Shown: positions 52,668-64,000 of the stretch, piece after piece | Layout of the letters: each line of letters opens with the position of its first letter | Position numbering within the stretch: the stretch's first letter is position 1 | Source of the DNA: Polyangiales bacterium | GTDB lineage: Bacteria > Myxococcota_A > Polyangia > Polyangiales > JADJQN01 | NCBI GenBank assembly: GCA_964202905.1 | Contig: CAXNJO010000005.1 | Location: forward strand, 320,001 to 384,000 | Direction: 5' to 3' | DNA: 64,000 nt | Made by a program: the position numbers and the translations under genes | Notes under the pieces: generated by a model | What the model was told of the DNA's origin: nothing | Databases searched by the model: none | Seen by the model: the letters and a program-made list of their open reading frames with translations, nothing else

Positions 52668-53832
52668 GTGCCGAGAACGCTGCGCGCCGACGATCTCCGC
52701 CCCATCTCGGCGCGCGGGCCCTTCCACACGTACGCAGGCACCTCGGGCGGAGAGCGCATCGTCGCGATCGTCGCGAGCGAGCGCCTCGCGCGCGCGGAAG
52801 CCGCGGAGGCGCTCGCAGCGATGGCCGCAGCGCACGCGGCGGCGGATCACCCGCGGGTCCCCGCGCCGCTCGGCCGCTGCCGGATCGAAGGCGCCGAGGC
52901 GCTCCTGCTGCGCTCGCAGCGCGGTCCTCGATCTCGCGACGGCGCTGGAAGGCACGGCAGCGCTCGGCCGCAAGGTTCCCTACCGCGCCGCGGCGGCGTT
53001 CATCACCGGCCTCCATGAACTCCTCGAGGCCCGAGCCGTGCCCGGGATCTCCACACGCTCGATCCTCATCGACGACGACGGACAGTGGGAGTTCGTCGGC
53101 CTCGGACGCGGTGTGTTCGTCGACCCGACGAGCGGGATGTCGGTCGAGGGCGTCGTGGCCCCCGAGGTCGCGGCCGGCGCTCCACCCGACACGCGCAGCA
53201 ACACGTGGGTCGGGTCGTCGTTCCTTCGTTCGCTGATCGGATACGTCGCGCTCCACCCACGCGTCGCCGCTGCGCTCCGCGGCGAGGTCGACCGCGCGGA
53301 CGCGCTCGTGATGAGCGGCCTGATCTTCGCCAACCTGCGGGTGCTCGGCGCGCTGCCGCATGATCGCCCGCACCCGAAGGACGGACTGCGCGAGTTTCAG
53401 CGCGTGTGGGCGCACCTCGGCGTCGAGCCCGACGAGGCGCTGCTCGCCGCGACCATGCGGGAGCTCGTGTCGAGCGAGCACGTCGCCGATGCGGCCGAGG
53501 ACCTGCACGCTGGCACCCACTGGATCGCCGAGGACGGCAGCTGGGTCGAGCCAGGTGACGGCTCCCGACACGTCCTCCGCTCACGCAGCGCGCTGCGGCG
53601 CGTCCTCGCGAGCCTCGTCACGGACCTGCGGACGGTGCGCGTCGGGCTCGATCTGCAAGCGATCCTCGCCGTCGGCTGGCCCGGAGAGCGGCCCCTCCCC
53701 GAGGCGGGCGCGAACCGTGTCTACGTCGCGCTCTCCCACCTCCGCAAGGCGGGCCTCGACACCGTTCTCGAGCGCCGCGACAGCCGCTGGCGGCTCTCCC
53801 CGCGGGCGCCGATCACCCTGGTGGCTCCCTGA
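52668..53832 (+). CDS. Pseudokinase fused to a C-terminal winged-helix DNA-binding domain (frameshift ~52915)
   Basis: TAGCGT-N6-GTG start; kinase-fold remnants HPRV, ISTRSILIDDDG, FVGLG, APE, DTRSNTW, DRP; C-terminal GWPGE...NRVYVALSHLRKAGL. Confidence 0.72.
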
Positions 53833-54604
53833 CCGAGGCCGCATCGCACGCGAGACGCAGAAAGGCTTCGACGTTGCCCTCCGGCCCGGGGAGCACGCTG
53901 TCGCAGCGGTCGCGCACACCGAGGCCGAGCGCGCGCGCCGCGTTCTCGACGGCGCGGATCGCGTCCTCGCGCACCGCGGGATCGCGGACGACGCCGCGCT
54001 TGCCGAGCTTGCCGCGGCCGACCTCGAACTGGGGCTTCACCATCGCGACGACCTCGCCCCCGGGCGCGTCGGGCCCGCCCGCGCGGAGCAGGGCCTGCGC
54101 CGCAGGCAGGAGCTTCGCGAGCGAGATGAAGCTCGCGTCGATGACGACGAGGTCGAGCGGCTCGGGCAGCGCGCCCGCCGAGAGATTGCGCGCGTTGGTG
54201 CGCTCCATGACGACGACGCGCGGGTCGCTGCGCAGGCTCGCGTGCAGCTGCCCGTAACCGACGTCGATCGCGTAGACCCGCGCCGCGCCGCGGCGGAGGA
54301 GACAATCGGTGAAGCCGCCCGTCGACGCGCCGAAGTCCGCGCAGACGAGGCCGCGCGCCTCGAGTGCGAAGGCATCGAGCGCGCCCGCGAGCTTCACGCC
54401 GCCGCGCGAGACGTAGTCGTGATCGCGGCCGCGCACGGTGAGCGCGCAGTCGGCCGGGAGCGTGTCGCCGGCCTTCTCGACGCGGCGCTCGCCCACGTAG
54501 ACGACGCCCGCGAGCACGAGCGCGCGCGCCTTCTCGCGGCTCGGCGCGAGGCCGCGAGCCACGAGGAGCACGTCGACGCGCTCCTTGCCGGGCCCGGCGC
54601 TCAC
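53813..54604 (-). CDS. tlyA: TlyA family RNA methyltransferase
   Basis: S4 domain KERVDVLL, YVSRGGVKL, DFGASTGGFTD, DVGYGQL, KPQFE, GPEGNVE. Confidence 0.95.
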   Translation of the reverse strand: MSAGPGKERVDVLLVARGLAPSREKARALVLAGVVYVGERRVEKAGDTLPADCALTVRGRDHDYVSRGGVKLAGALDAFALEARGLVCADFGASTGGFTDCLLRRGAARVYAIDVGYGQLHASLRSDPRVVVMERTNARNLSAGALPEPLDLVVIDASFISLAKLLPAAQALLRAGGPDAPGGEVVAMVKPQFEVGRGKLGKRGVVRDPAVREDAIRAVENAARALGLGVRDRCDSVLPGPEGNVEAFLRLACDAASVREPPG

Positions 54605-55530
54605 GGGATCACCGCCGCCGGGTGGAGCAGCCGCGCGAGCACCGCGACGCCCTCGGCGACGCGCGGGCCCGGACGCAGCACGCGCGCGTCTTCGAAGCGC
54701 AGCACGCGCCCGTCGCGCACCGCCGGGATGGCCGGGTAGCGCGCCCAGTCGAAGTCGCCGTCGCCGCCTGCGGCCATGCCCGCCTCGAGGATGACGTCCG
54801 GCGCGAGCGCGAGCACCCGCTCGACGCCGATCGTCGGATACGCCGGGCCGCTCGTGACGACGTTCTCCGCGCCCGCCGCGCGCAGCATCTCATCCGCGAA
54901 GGTGCCCGGCCCCGCGACCGACAACGGACGCCGCCCGAAGACCAGCAGCGCCCGCGGACGGCGCGCACCGCCGAGCGCGGCCGCGATCGCCGCGAGCTGC
55001 GCATCGATCCGCGCGACGACGGCCTCGGCCGCCGCGGCGCGCCGCGTCTTCGCGCCGAGCCCGCGAATCGCCGCACGCACGTCCGCGAGGGACGCATCGG
55101 GGGGGAAGTAGGACGCCACGCCGTGCGCCGAGAGCCGCTCGACGGTGCCGCGGTTCGCGGGGCCGCGCGCGCCCGTGACGAGCGTGGGCCGCAGCGCGAG
55201 CACGGCCTCGAGCGACGGGTCGTTGAAGCCGCCGATGCGCGGCAGCCGCGCGACCGCCGCGGGGTGATCGCAGAAGCGGCTCACGCCGACGACCTCCGGC
55301 CCGGCGCCGATCGCGAAGAGGGTCTCGGTCGTGCTCGGCGCGAGCGAGACGAGGCGCGCGGCCTGATCCGCGCCGGGGCCGCTCGCGCCTGCGGCGCTCG
55401 AACCAGCGGCGCTCGATGCTGCGCCGCTCGCGCCTGCGCCGCGCCCCGTCGACGATTCGCCGCCCGAGCGACCACATCCGGCCAGCACGAGCGCGCCGCA
55501 CAAGGCGAGCCAGGACGCGGCCCGCGCCAC
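54601..55530 (-). CDS. Helical-backbone periplasmic binding lipoprotein (BtuF-like; start approximate)
   Basis: Lipobox LAGC; RLVSLAPSTTETLFAIG, VVGVSRFCDHP, RPGPR. Confidence 0.88.
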   Translation of the reverse strand: MARAASWLALCGALVLAGCGRSGGESSTGRGAGASGAASSAAGSSAAGASGPGADQAARLVSLAPSTTETLFAIGAGPEVVGVSRFCDHPAAVARLPRIGGFNDPSLEAVLALRPTLVTGARGPANRGTVERLSAHGVASYFPPDASLADVRAAIRGLGAKTRRAAAAEAVVARIDAQLAAIAAALGGARRPRALLVFGRRPLSVAGPGTFADEMLRAAGAENVVTSGPAYPTIGVERVLALAPDVILEAGMAAGGDGDFDWARYPAIPAVRDGRVLRFEDARVLRPGPRVAEGVAVLARLLHPAAVIP

Positions 55531-55693
55531 ACCGCCCAAACGCCATTCAATTGCAGATGCATCCAGATGGACGTTGCGCACGCCGTCAACCGGACGCCGC
55601 ACGCGGCCGCGCGGTGCGACACCGTTCACGGCCGCGACCGACCCCTGCGCCGCGCGCGCGGACGACACCGACCCGTCTCCGCGCGCCGCGGGC

Positions 55694-56338
55694 TCAGAAG
55701 GGGATGTCGTCGCCGCCCCCGCCGCCCCCGCCCCCGCCGCCGAAGTCGTCGGGCGGGAAGTCGTCGGCGAACTCCTCGCCGCCGCTCGAACCGCCGCCAC
55801 CGGGTGCGCCGCCGCCGGAGCCGCCGCCGGAGCCGCCGCCGCGTCCACCGCCGCCGCCGCCACCGCCACGACCGCCGTAGCCGCCGCCGCCGCCGCCGCC
55901 CTCGCCGCGGCCGCCGTAGCCGCCGCCCTCACCGCGGCCCCCGCCCCCACCACCCGAGCCACCGGCACCCGAGCCGCCGGCACCCGAGCCGCCGCCCTCG
56001 CCGCGACCCCCGCCGAGCAGGAGCACGTTGGTGGCGACGACCTCCGTCGTGGAGCGCTTGCCGCCGTCCTTGTCCTCCCACTGGCGCGTCTGCAGGCGCC
56101 CCTCGACGCCGATGGAGCGGCCCTTCGAGAGGATCTTGTTGAGCGCCTCGGCGCGGTTGCCCCACACGACGACCGTGTGCCACTCGACGCGCTCTTGGCG
56201 CTGCTTGTTCTTGTCGACGTACGTCTCGGTGGTCGCCATGCGCAACCGCAGCACGGCGCCCCCGCCCTGCGTGTACTTGAGCTCGGGATCCATTCCGAGA
56301 TTTCCGATCAGGATGACCTTGTTCAGACCTTCGGCCAT
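55694..56338 (-). CDS. ssb: Single-stranded DNA-binding protein
   Basis: LNKVILIGNLG, EWHTVVVWG, VEGRLQTR, Gly-rich tail ending DDIPF. Confidence 0.97.
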   Translation of the reverse strand: MAEGLNKVILIGNLGMDPELKYTQGGGAVLRLRMATTETYVDKNKQRQERVEWHTVVVWGNRAEALNKILSKGRSIGVEGRLQTRQWEDKDGGKRSTTEVVATNVLLLGGGRGEGGGSGAGGSGAGGSGGGGGGRGEGGGYGGRGEGGGGGGGYGGRGGGGGGGGRGGGSGGGSGGGAPGGGGSSGGEEFADDFPPDDFGGGGGGGGGGDDIPF

Positions 56339-56437
56339 GGGCGTCTCGCTCGTTGCAGGGGTGGGTGCGGCAGGCGACTGCGGCAGGGGGTGCGGGGGAC
56401 GAAAGGGGCGCGACGATACGCTCGCCCCGCCGGCAGT

Positions 56438-57790
56438 TCAACGAGACGCACGCCCCTGCGCGGGACTGACAGCCTTCGCGCCGGACGCAGCCGCGCGTGT
56501 CGCCTGCGCCTCGCGCCGCTCCTCCGCGCGAATCGTCGCGGCCAGCTCGTCGACGAGGCGCGCGCGCTCGCGCTCCCAGGTGTGCGGCCCGACCTGCCCG
56601 CCCGCGCGCTGCGACTCGAGCGACGCGAGCGCGGCGAGCAACGCCTCCTTGCGGGACGCGAGCGCGTCGCCGCTCTGCGCGGCCCCGGCGCGGAAGGCCC
56701 CGATCCCGCCGGCGAGCGCGAGCACGAGCGCGCCGAGCGACGCGATCCAGCGCAGCGGCCCCGGCGTCGGGAGTCCCGAGAAACGCGCGCGCACGGCGAT
56801 GAGCGGCGGGTCTGCGGGGGTGCGCTCGAGCTGCGAGAGAAACACGCGCCGCCCGTCGTTCTCGACGACCTCCGTCGCGCTGAAGCGCGACACGGGCGTG
56901 CCGTCGGCGCGCGCCCCGCGCGTCACCGCCTCGACCGCGAGCGACGCCCCCTCGGGCGCGTCGCTGAGCACGCGGAAGAGGTACGTGCGGAACGGCACGG
57001 GCACCTCGACCGTCTGCGACGTACCCGCGAGCGGGAGGTCGTAGGCCCACGAGAGTTGCACCGCGCCCGGGGGCAGCGAGCCCGTGAGCCGGTATCCGCG
57101 CGCGTCGCCGAGCAGCTTCTGGTCGGTCATCACGGGCTCCGTCTGCGGCGCCGTGAAGCCCTCGGGCAGGGGGATCGCGAGGCCCTCGGGCGGGAAGACG
57201 TACGTCTCTTCCCCGAGGTTCATGAGCTGCGCGCGCTGCGAGGCGTGCAGGCGCCCCTCACGCAGCTCGAGCGCGAGCTCGCCGCGCACGAGGAGCACGG
57301 CGCCTGGATCGCGCGTCGTCGGCAGGCGGATCAGCTGCACGTCGTAGCCCTGATCCTCGGGGAGGCGGAACGGGTTCGACCCGTAGTTCGCGCCCTCGTG
57401 CGGGAGGTTCACGCGGTAGGCCTGCACCGCGCCCGTCGGCAGCCCGGCGAAGATCGCGACGCCGCCCGCGTCGGTGCGGCGCAGCACGCGCTCACGGCGT
57501 CCCTCCGCGCCCATCGTGCCGATGTTCACCTCGGCCCCGGCGACGGGCGCGCCCGAGGGCTCGACCACGCGCACGCGGATGCTCCCGACGGGCACCTCCG
57601 GGCTCGGTGCGGCGGTCGCGAGCTGGCGCTCTCGCGACGGCGCGCCCGGCACCCCGGCGTGCGGATCGCCCTGCCCCGGCAGCGCATCCTGCGCGCGCAG
57701 CGGGCCCGCGAAAGAGAGCGTCAGCGCGAGCGCGAGCGGTGGCCAACACCGCAGAAAACGGCTCGTGCGCATGGACTTGCGCGCGTTCAC
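56438..57790 (-). CDS. Exported protein with carboxypeptidase-regulatory-like domain, C-terminal TM and helical tail
   Basis: Signal peptide, TDAGGVAIFAGL, TM followed by RKEALLAALASLE...; GTGA overlap with the upstream gene. Confidence 0.75.
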   Translation of the reverse strand: MNARKSMRTSRFLRCWPPLALALTLSFAGPLRAQDALPGQGDPHAGVPGAPSRERQLATAAPSPEVPVGSIRVRVVEPSGAPVAGAEVNIGTMGAEGRRERVLRRTDAGGVAIFAGLPTGAVQAYRVNLPHEGANYGSNPFRLPEDQGYDVQLIRLPTTRDPGAVLLVRGELALELREGRLHASQRAQLMNLGEETYVFPPEGLAIPLPEGFTAPQTEPVMTDQKLLGDARGYRLTGSLPPGAVQLSWAYDLPLAGTSQTVEVPVPFRTYLFRVLSDAPEGASLAVEAVTRGARADGTPVSRFSATEVVENDGRRVFLSQLERTPADPPLIAVRARFSGLPTPGPLRWIASLGALVLALAGGIGAFRAGAAQSGDALASRKEALLAALASLESQRAGGQVGPHTWERERARLVDELAATIRAEERREAQATRAAASGAKAVSPAQGRASR

Positions 57791-58464
57791 GCGCCGCCCT
57801 CCGCGTCGCCGGACACGCCGGGGGACGCGAGCGGCGCCGCGCACTTCTTGCAAAACACGGCGTCGGGCTCGTTGAGCGCGCCGCAGCGCGCGCAGCGCAA
57901 CCGCGCGGCGCCCCCGCCCGCCGCAGCGTCTTTCGCGGACGCGTCGCCCGCGGCGTTGTTCTTCGGCGCAGCGTCCTTCGACGCAGCGTCCTTCGGTGCG
58001 TCGTCCTTGGCGGTGTCGGCCTGCGCCGTGTCCGCCTGCGCCGTGTCCGCCTGCGCCGTGTCCGCCTGCGCCGTGTCGGCCTGCGCCGTGTCCGCCTGCG
58101 CCGCGGCGCCCGCCCCGCCCGACGCGGGGACGCGCGTCCGCGCGAGCTGCTCGGCCTTCTCGCGCCACGGCCCGAGGTCGCGGTCGAGCTCCGCGAGCAC
58201 GGACTTCGCGCGGGCGCGGTACGAGGCCTCGAGGCGCGCGTGATCGGCCTCGCTCACCTTGCCCAAGGCGCGCTCGAACTCGAGGTCCTTCAGCCCGCGC
58301 AGCAGCGCGCCCTTCTCGTCGAGCAGCGCGGCGCGGTCGCCGCCGACGGCCGCCGCGACCTCGTCGACGCCGCGCCCGAAGAGCGCGCGCACGCTCTGCC
58401 AGAAGGCGAAGAGCGCGAGCACGAGCATGAGCGAGGCCGCGGTCAGAAAGACGATGGGCAGCAT
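57787..58464 (-). CDS. Membrane-anchored zinc-ribbon protein (CcmI-N-terminus-like)
   Basis: N-terminal TM, LKDLEFERALGKVSEAD, CARCG...FCKKC. Confidence 0.8.
   Translation of the reverse strand: MLPIVFLTAASLMLVLALFAFWQSVRALFGRGVDEVAAAVGGDRAALLDEKGALLRGLKDLEFERALGKVSEADHARLEASYRARAKSVLAELDRDLGPWREKAEQLARTRVPASGGAGAAAQADTAQADTAQADTAQADTAQADTAQADTAKDDAPKDAASKDAAPKNNAAGDASAKDAAAGGGAARLRCARCGALNEPDAVFCKKCAAPLASPGVSGDAEGGA
58012..58102 (-). repeat. 15-bp coding tandem repeat, (AQADT) x6
   Basis: gccgtgtc(c/g)gcctgc units on the + strand. Confidence 0.9.
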
Positions 58465-58473
58465 GGCGTCGCG

Positions 58474-61077
<2,604 letters not shown>

Positions 61078-61250
61078 GCGCCCGCGCGAGCCTAGGTCCC
61101 GTGAGACCCCGTCGCAAGCGCCCGAAACAGCGAGAAAATCCGGCCCGGAGCCCCCGCGCGTCCGAGCTTCCGACGCGCCGCGGCGCGCGTGCGCGCCTGC
61201 GTCCGCCCCCCCCCTCGACCGGCGCGCAGCCCGTGTGCGAACCTCGCGCG

Positions 61251-62087
61251 ATGACACGCGGCCTCTCGCTGCTCGCGCTCACCGCGCTCCTCGGCGGCTG
61301 CGGCACGAACCTCTCGACGCTCACCCCCGCCGAGACCACACCCGCCGGGCACGTCCGCGTCGCGACCGGCGTCGGCGTGAGCGTGCCGACGGGCGGCCTC
61401 TCGGGCCTGATCGACGCCGGCGAGACGGTCGCGAAGCGCGCCGCCGATGGCGCGATGCTCACCGACGCCGAGCGCGAGGAGCTCTTCGGCGCGACGCTCG
61501 CGGGCCTGCTCGCGCTGCCGAGCGTGAACCCCGAGTTGCAGGCGCGCGTGGGCCTGCACGAGCGCGTCGATCTCGGCCTGCGCCTCGGCGCGGGCAGCGT
61601 GCGCCTCGACAGCCGCGTGAACCTCACGACGCCGAGCACCGCGCGCGACGGGCGCCTCGCCATCAGCATCGGCCTCGGCCTCGGCTACTACGCCTTCGCG
61701 ATCCCGCTGCCGAGCTTCGCCGAAGACGTCGTGAAGGCCGACGACTACACCCGCTACGAGCTCGACGTGCCGCTGCTCTTCGGCTGGAGCACGGACATCT
61801 GGCGCGTCTGGGTCGGACCGAAGCTCGTCTTCACCTCGTACGACGTCGCGCTCCGCCTCATCGCGCCCGCGGAGACGGCGCTCGCCAACGCGAGCGGCAC
61901 GCAGACCTTCCTCGCCGCGCAGGCGGGTGCCGCGCTCGGCTTCCGCTACGGCTGGATCGTGCTCGAGCTGACCGCCTCGTACGGCCTCGGCGGCGCCGAC
62001 GTGAACATCATCGATCAGGCCACACGCAGGGTCTCGACCAACGACTTCATCATCTATCCCACGGTGGGATTGCTGCTCGAGATCTGA
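61251..62087 (+). CDS. Hypothetical lipoprotein with beta-barrel-like pattern
   Basis: Lipobox LGGC; alternating amphipathic strands; ends IYPTVGLLLEI. Confidence 0.75.
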   Translation: MTRGLSLLALTALLGGCGTNLSTLTPAETTPAGHVRVATGVGVSVPTGGLSGLIDAGETVAKRAADGAMLTDAEREELFGATLAGLLALPSVNPELQARVGLHERVDLGLRLGAGSVRLDSRVNLTTPSTARDGRLAISIGLGLGYYAFAIPLPSFAEDVVKADDYTRYELDVPLLFGWSTDIWRVWVGPKLVFTSYDVALRLIAPAETALANASGTQTFLAAQAGAALGFRYGWIVLELTASYGLGGADVNIIDQATRRVSTNDFIIYPTVGLLLEI

Positions 62088-62089
62088 AG

Positions 62090-62152
62090 CACGTCACGGC
62101 CCCCTCAGGTCACGGCCCCTCACGTCACGGCCCGTCACATCACGGCCCCGTC
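62090..62152 (+). repeat. Intergenic ~15-bp tandem repeat x4
   Basis: ca(c/g)(g/a)tcacggccc units between two convergent stops, followed by the hairpin ggccccgtcg-N10-cgacggggcc (62144-62173). Confidence 0.8.
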
Positions 62153-62203
62153 GCGTCGGTTCACGACGGGGCCGACGCGGACCATCGCGGTGCGGTGTTC
62201 GCC

Positions 62204-63999
62204 TCAGATGAGCACGACCGTGATCTGCTCGAGGTTGAGGCCGCCCGGATACGCGTACGACGTGTACTGCCCGAGGCCGTAGACGATGATGCCGAAGGCC
62301 TCGGCGCCGCGCATCGTGTGGGTGCCGCCGTTGACGGGGACGATGCCGAGCTCGCGGCCGCCCACGTTGCTCCACGTCGTCGTGACGGGGGCGCCGTCGA
62401 GGATCACCTCGAGACCGGGCGGGCGTGAGATGAGCACGTAGGACTGACCCATCGGTGCCTCGCGTTGTAGGAGCTCGGCGTGATGAAGGTGTAGTCGGTG
62501 CGGTACTGCTCGCGCGGCACGAGCACCGTCATCCCCGGATCGCCGCGCGCGGCGGGCGGGTCGGTGACGTTCTGGCCGAGCAGGAACTGCGCGACCTGGA
62601 TGGCCCGGTCGCTCGTGACCTCGAAGGGGCTCGCCGTGAGGAACTGGACCCAATCGCCCGCGGCGAGCGTGGCCGTCGAGATCCCGCCCTGCGGCGGATT
62701 CACGTTGATCGTGGTGCCGTCGAAGGCGGCGACGACGCGGACGAGGTTCTGGCCGCGGCTGCCCGGGTCGACCATCGGCATGCTCGCGAAGTTGCGGCCC
62801 CACGTCTGGATGGGCGCGAGCTGCGTCTCGAGGTGGTCGCAGGCCTGCGCGTTGTAGGGCACGTACGCGCACACGTGCCCGCCGAACACGACGACGGGCG
62901 CGGCCGCGGTCACGCGGGAGCCCGTGAGGTCGAAGCCGACCTCCTCGCAGGTGTCGAAGCGCGAGCAGCCGAAGGGCGTGCAGTCGTCCTCGACGCTGTT
63001 GTAGTTCGGACGCGTGGAGTTGCAGTCGGGCGGGGCCGCGGCGACGACGTGCGCCACCTCGCCGCGCGCGAGCGTGAACGAGATCGTCTCGCCGCGACGC
63101 GCCCCCGCCCAGCGGCCGCCCGCGTCGGCGGCGACGTTCGCGCTCAGCGCGATCCGCACCTCGGTGGGCGCCGGCGTCACGCCCACGACCGCGAGGTAGC
63201 CGGGGATCTTCAGGGAACTCCCGCCGCCGATCGGGCTGGTCGTCGTGCGCGAGAGGGGCACGTAGCTCGCGCCCACGTAGTCGCCGGTGAGCACGTGCTG
63301 CGGCAGGAGCAGCGTCGCGTCGTTCGTGTAGGAGAACGTCCCGCCGCTCTCGTACTCGAAGGGGTTGAACTGCGTCACCGCGACCGGCGCCGTCGAGGTG
63401 AGCCGGTACGCGCCGTTCGCGACGGCGAAGCTCGACCAGCGGTTGGTCGGCACGTTGAACGACTGCCCGTCGACCCAGTCGAGCGAGATCTCGGCGAGGT
63501 CGCCCGGCGCGATGGTGCGCGAGGTCACCATGACACCACCACGCGCGATGGTGACGACGGCGGGCTCCATGCCGGGGTTCACGACGACGACGCGGTAGTC
63601 GAAGAGCGACGCGTCGAGCTCGGCGGTGTTCGCGAGCGGCGTCGGCCAGTACTCGCAGCCGGTGTTCGACTTCGCGGATTCGGCGCGCCCGCACGCGTCG
63701 TCGCAGAAGCCGTCGCCGCCGCACGCGGAGCCCCACTCCGCGCAGTCGCGTCCGTACTGCCAGGCGGTGCCGTCGGCGCGGCACGCGCGCGACACGGTGC
63801 CCTCGCAGGAGCGCGTGCCGGGGCGGCAGAAGACGCAGCCGAGGCCCGGATCGCAGGCGCTGTCGCAGGCGATCTCGCCGGTGCGCGTGCGGCCGTCGGC
63901 GCCGCAGACGTAGTAGGTGTTGCCGAAGCAGCCCGCCTGCGTCGGCGCGCAGCTGAAGCCGCCGCCGCCATCACCGGGCGGGGGCGGGGGCGGCGCGCC
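62204..63999 (-). CDS. IgGFc-binding-protein N-terminal-domain protein (5' end outside window; frameshift ~62450)
   Basis: SNTGCEYW, QFNP, YTNDATLLLP, CDHLE, GDPGM, final YGLGQYTSYAYPGGLNL; Cys-rich N-terminus runs to the window edge. Confidence 0.88.
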
Positions 64000-64000
64000 G

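Noticed and set aside
55530..55693. Cobalamin riboswitch upstream of the BtuF-like gene
   Set aside because: No recognisable B12-box or GGGAA/GCCACTG elements.
55700..56010. GGC-rich low-complexity tract
   Set aside because: Ordinary Gly-rich SSB linker.

Overview
Very GC-rich bacterial DNA, almost certainly Myxococcota (Polyangiales/Sandaracinus-like), judged from MYXO-CTERM and Cys-rich repeat proteins, an STK-TPR pair, an IgGFc-binding-domain protein and an MXAN_5187-type protein. About 48 genes or gene remnants and one tRNA-Gln(TTG) are supported; no CRISPR array, rRNA, integrase or transposase was recognised. Main blocks: a tandem pair of atypical Hsp70 proteins; a 1624-aa surface protein with a 909-bp internal tandem repeat; desaturase-TetR-ArsR; aquaporin/ArsC; an AAA ATPase-PD-(D/E)XK protein; a self-contained TonB-ExbB-ExbD-ExbD-receptor-lipoprotein cassette behind a Pho-box-like repeat; lhr-nei; a Ser/Thr kinase-TPR pair divergent from an FHA-pseudo-ATPase; ttcA; a CzcCBA-type RND pump; a Cys-rich lipoprotein next to a pseudokinase-wHTH regulator; tlyA, a BtuF-like protein and ssb; and a CcmF-CcmH fusion operon. 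At least a dozen genes carry small frameshifts, often at short homopolymers, which looks like long-read assembly error and makes several ORF-track calls chimeric. Best candidates for undescribed systems: the pseudokinase-wHTH/Cys-rich lipoprotein module (51.7-53.8 kb), the kinase/FHA-pseudo-ATPase module (32.6-37.5 kb), the putatively phosphate-regulated TonB cassette (19.8-27.1 kb) and the twin Hsp70 locus. All family calls come from reading motifs by eye; no database search was run.
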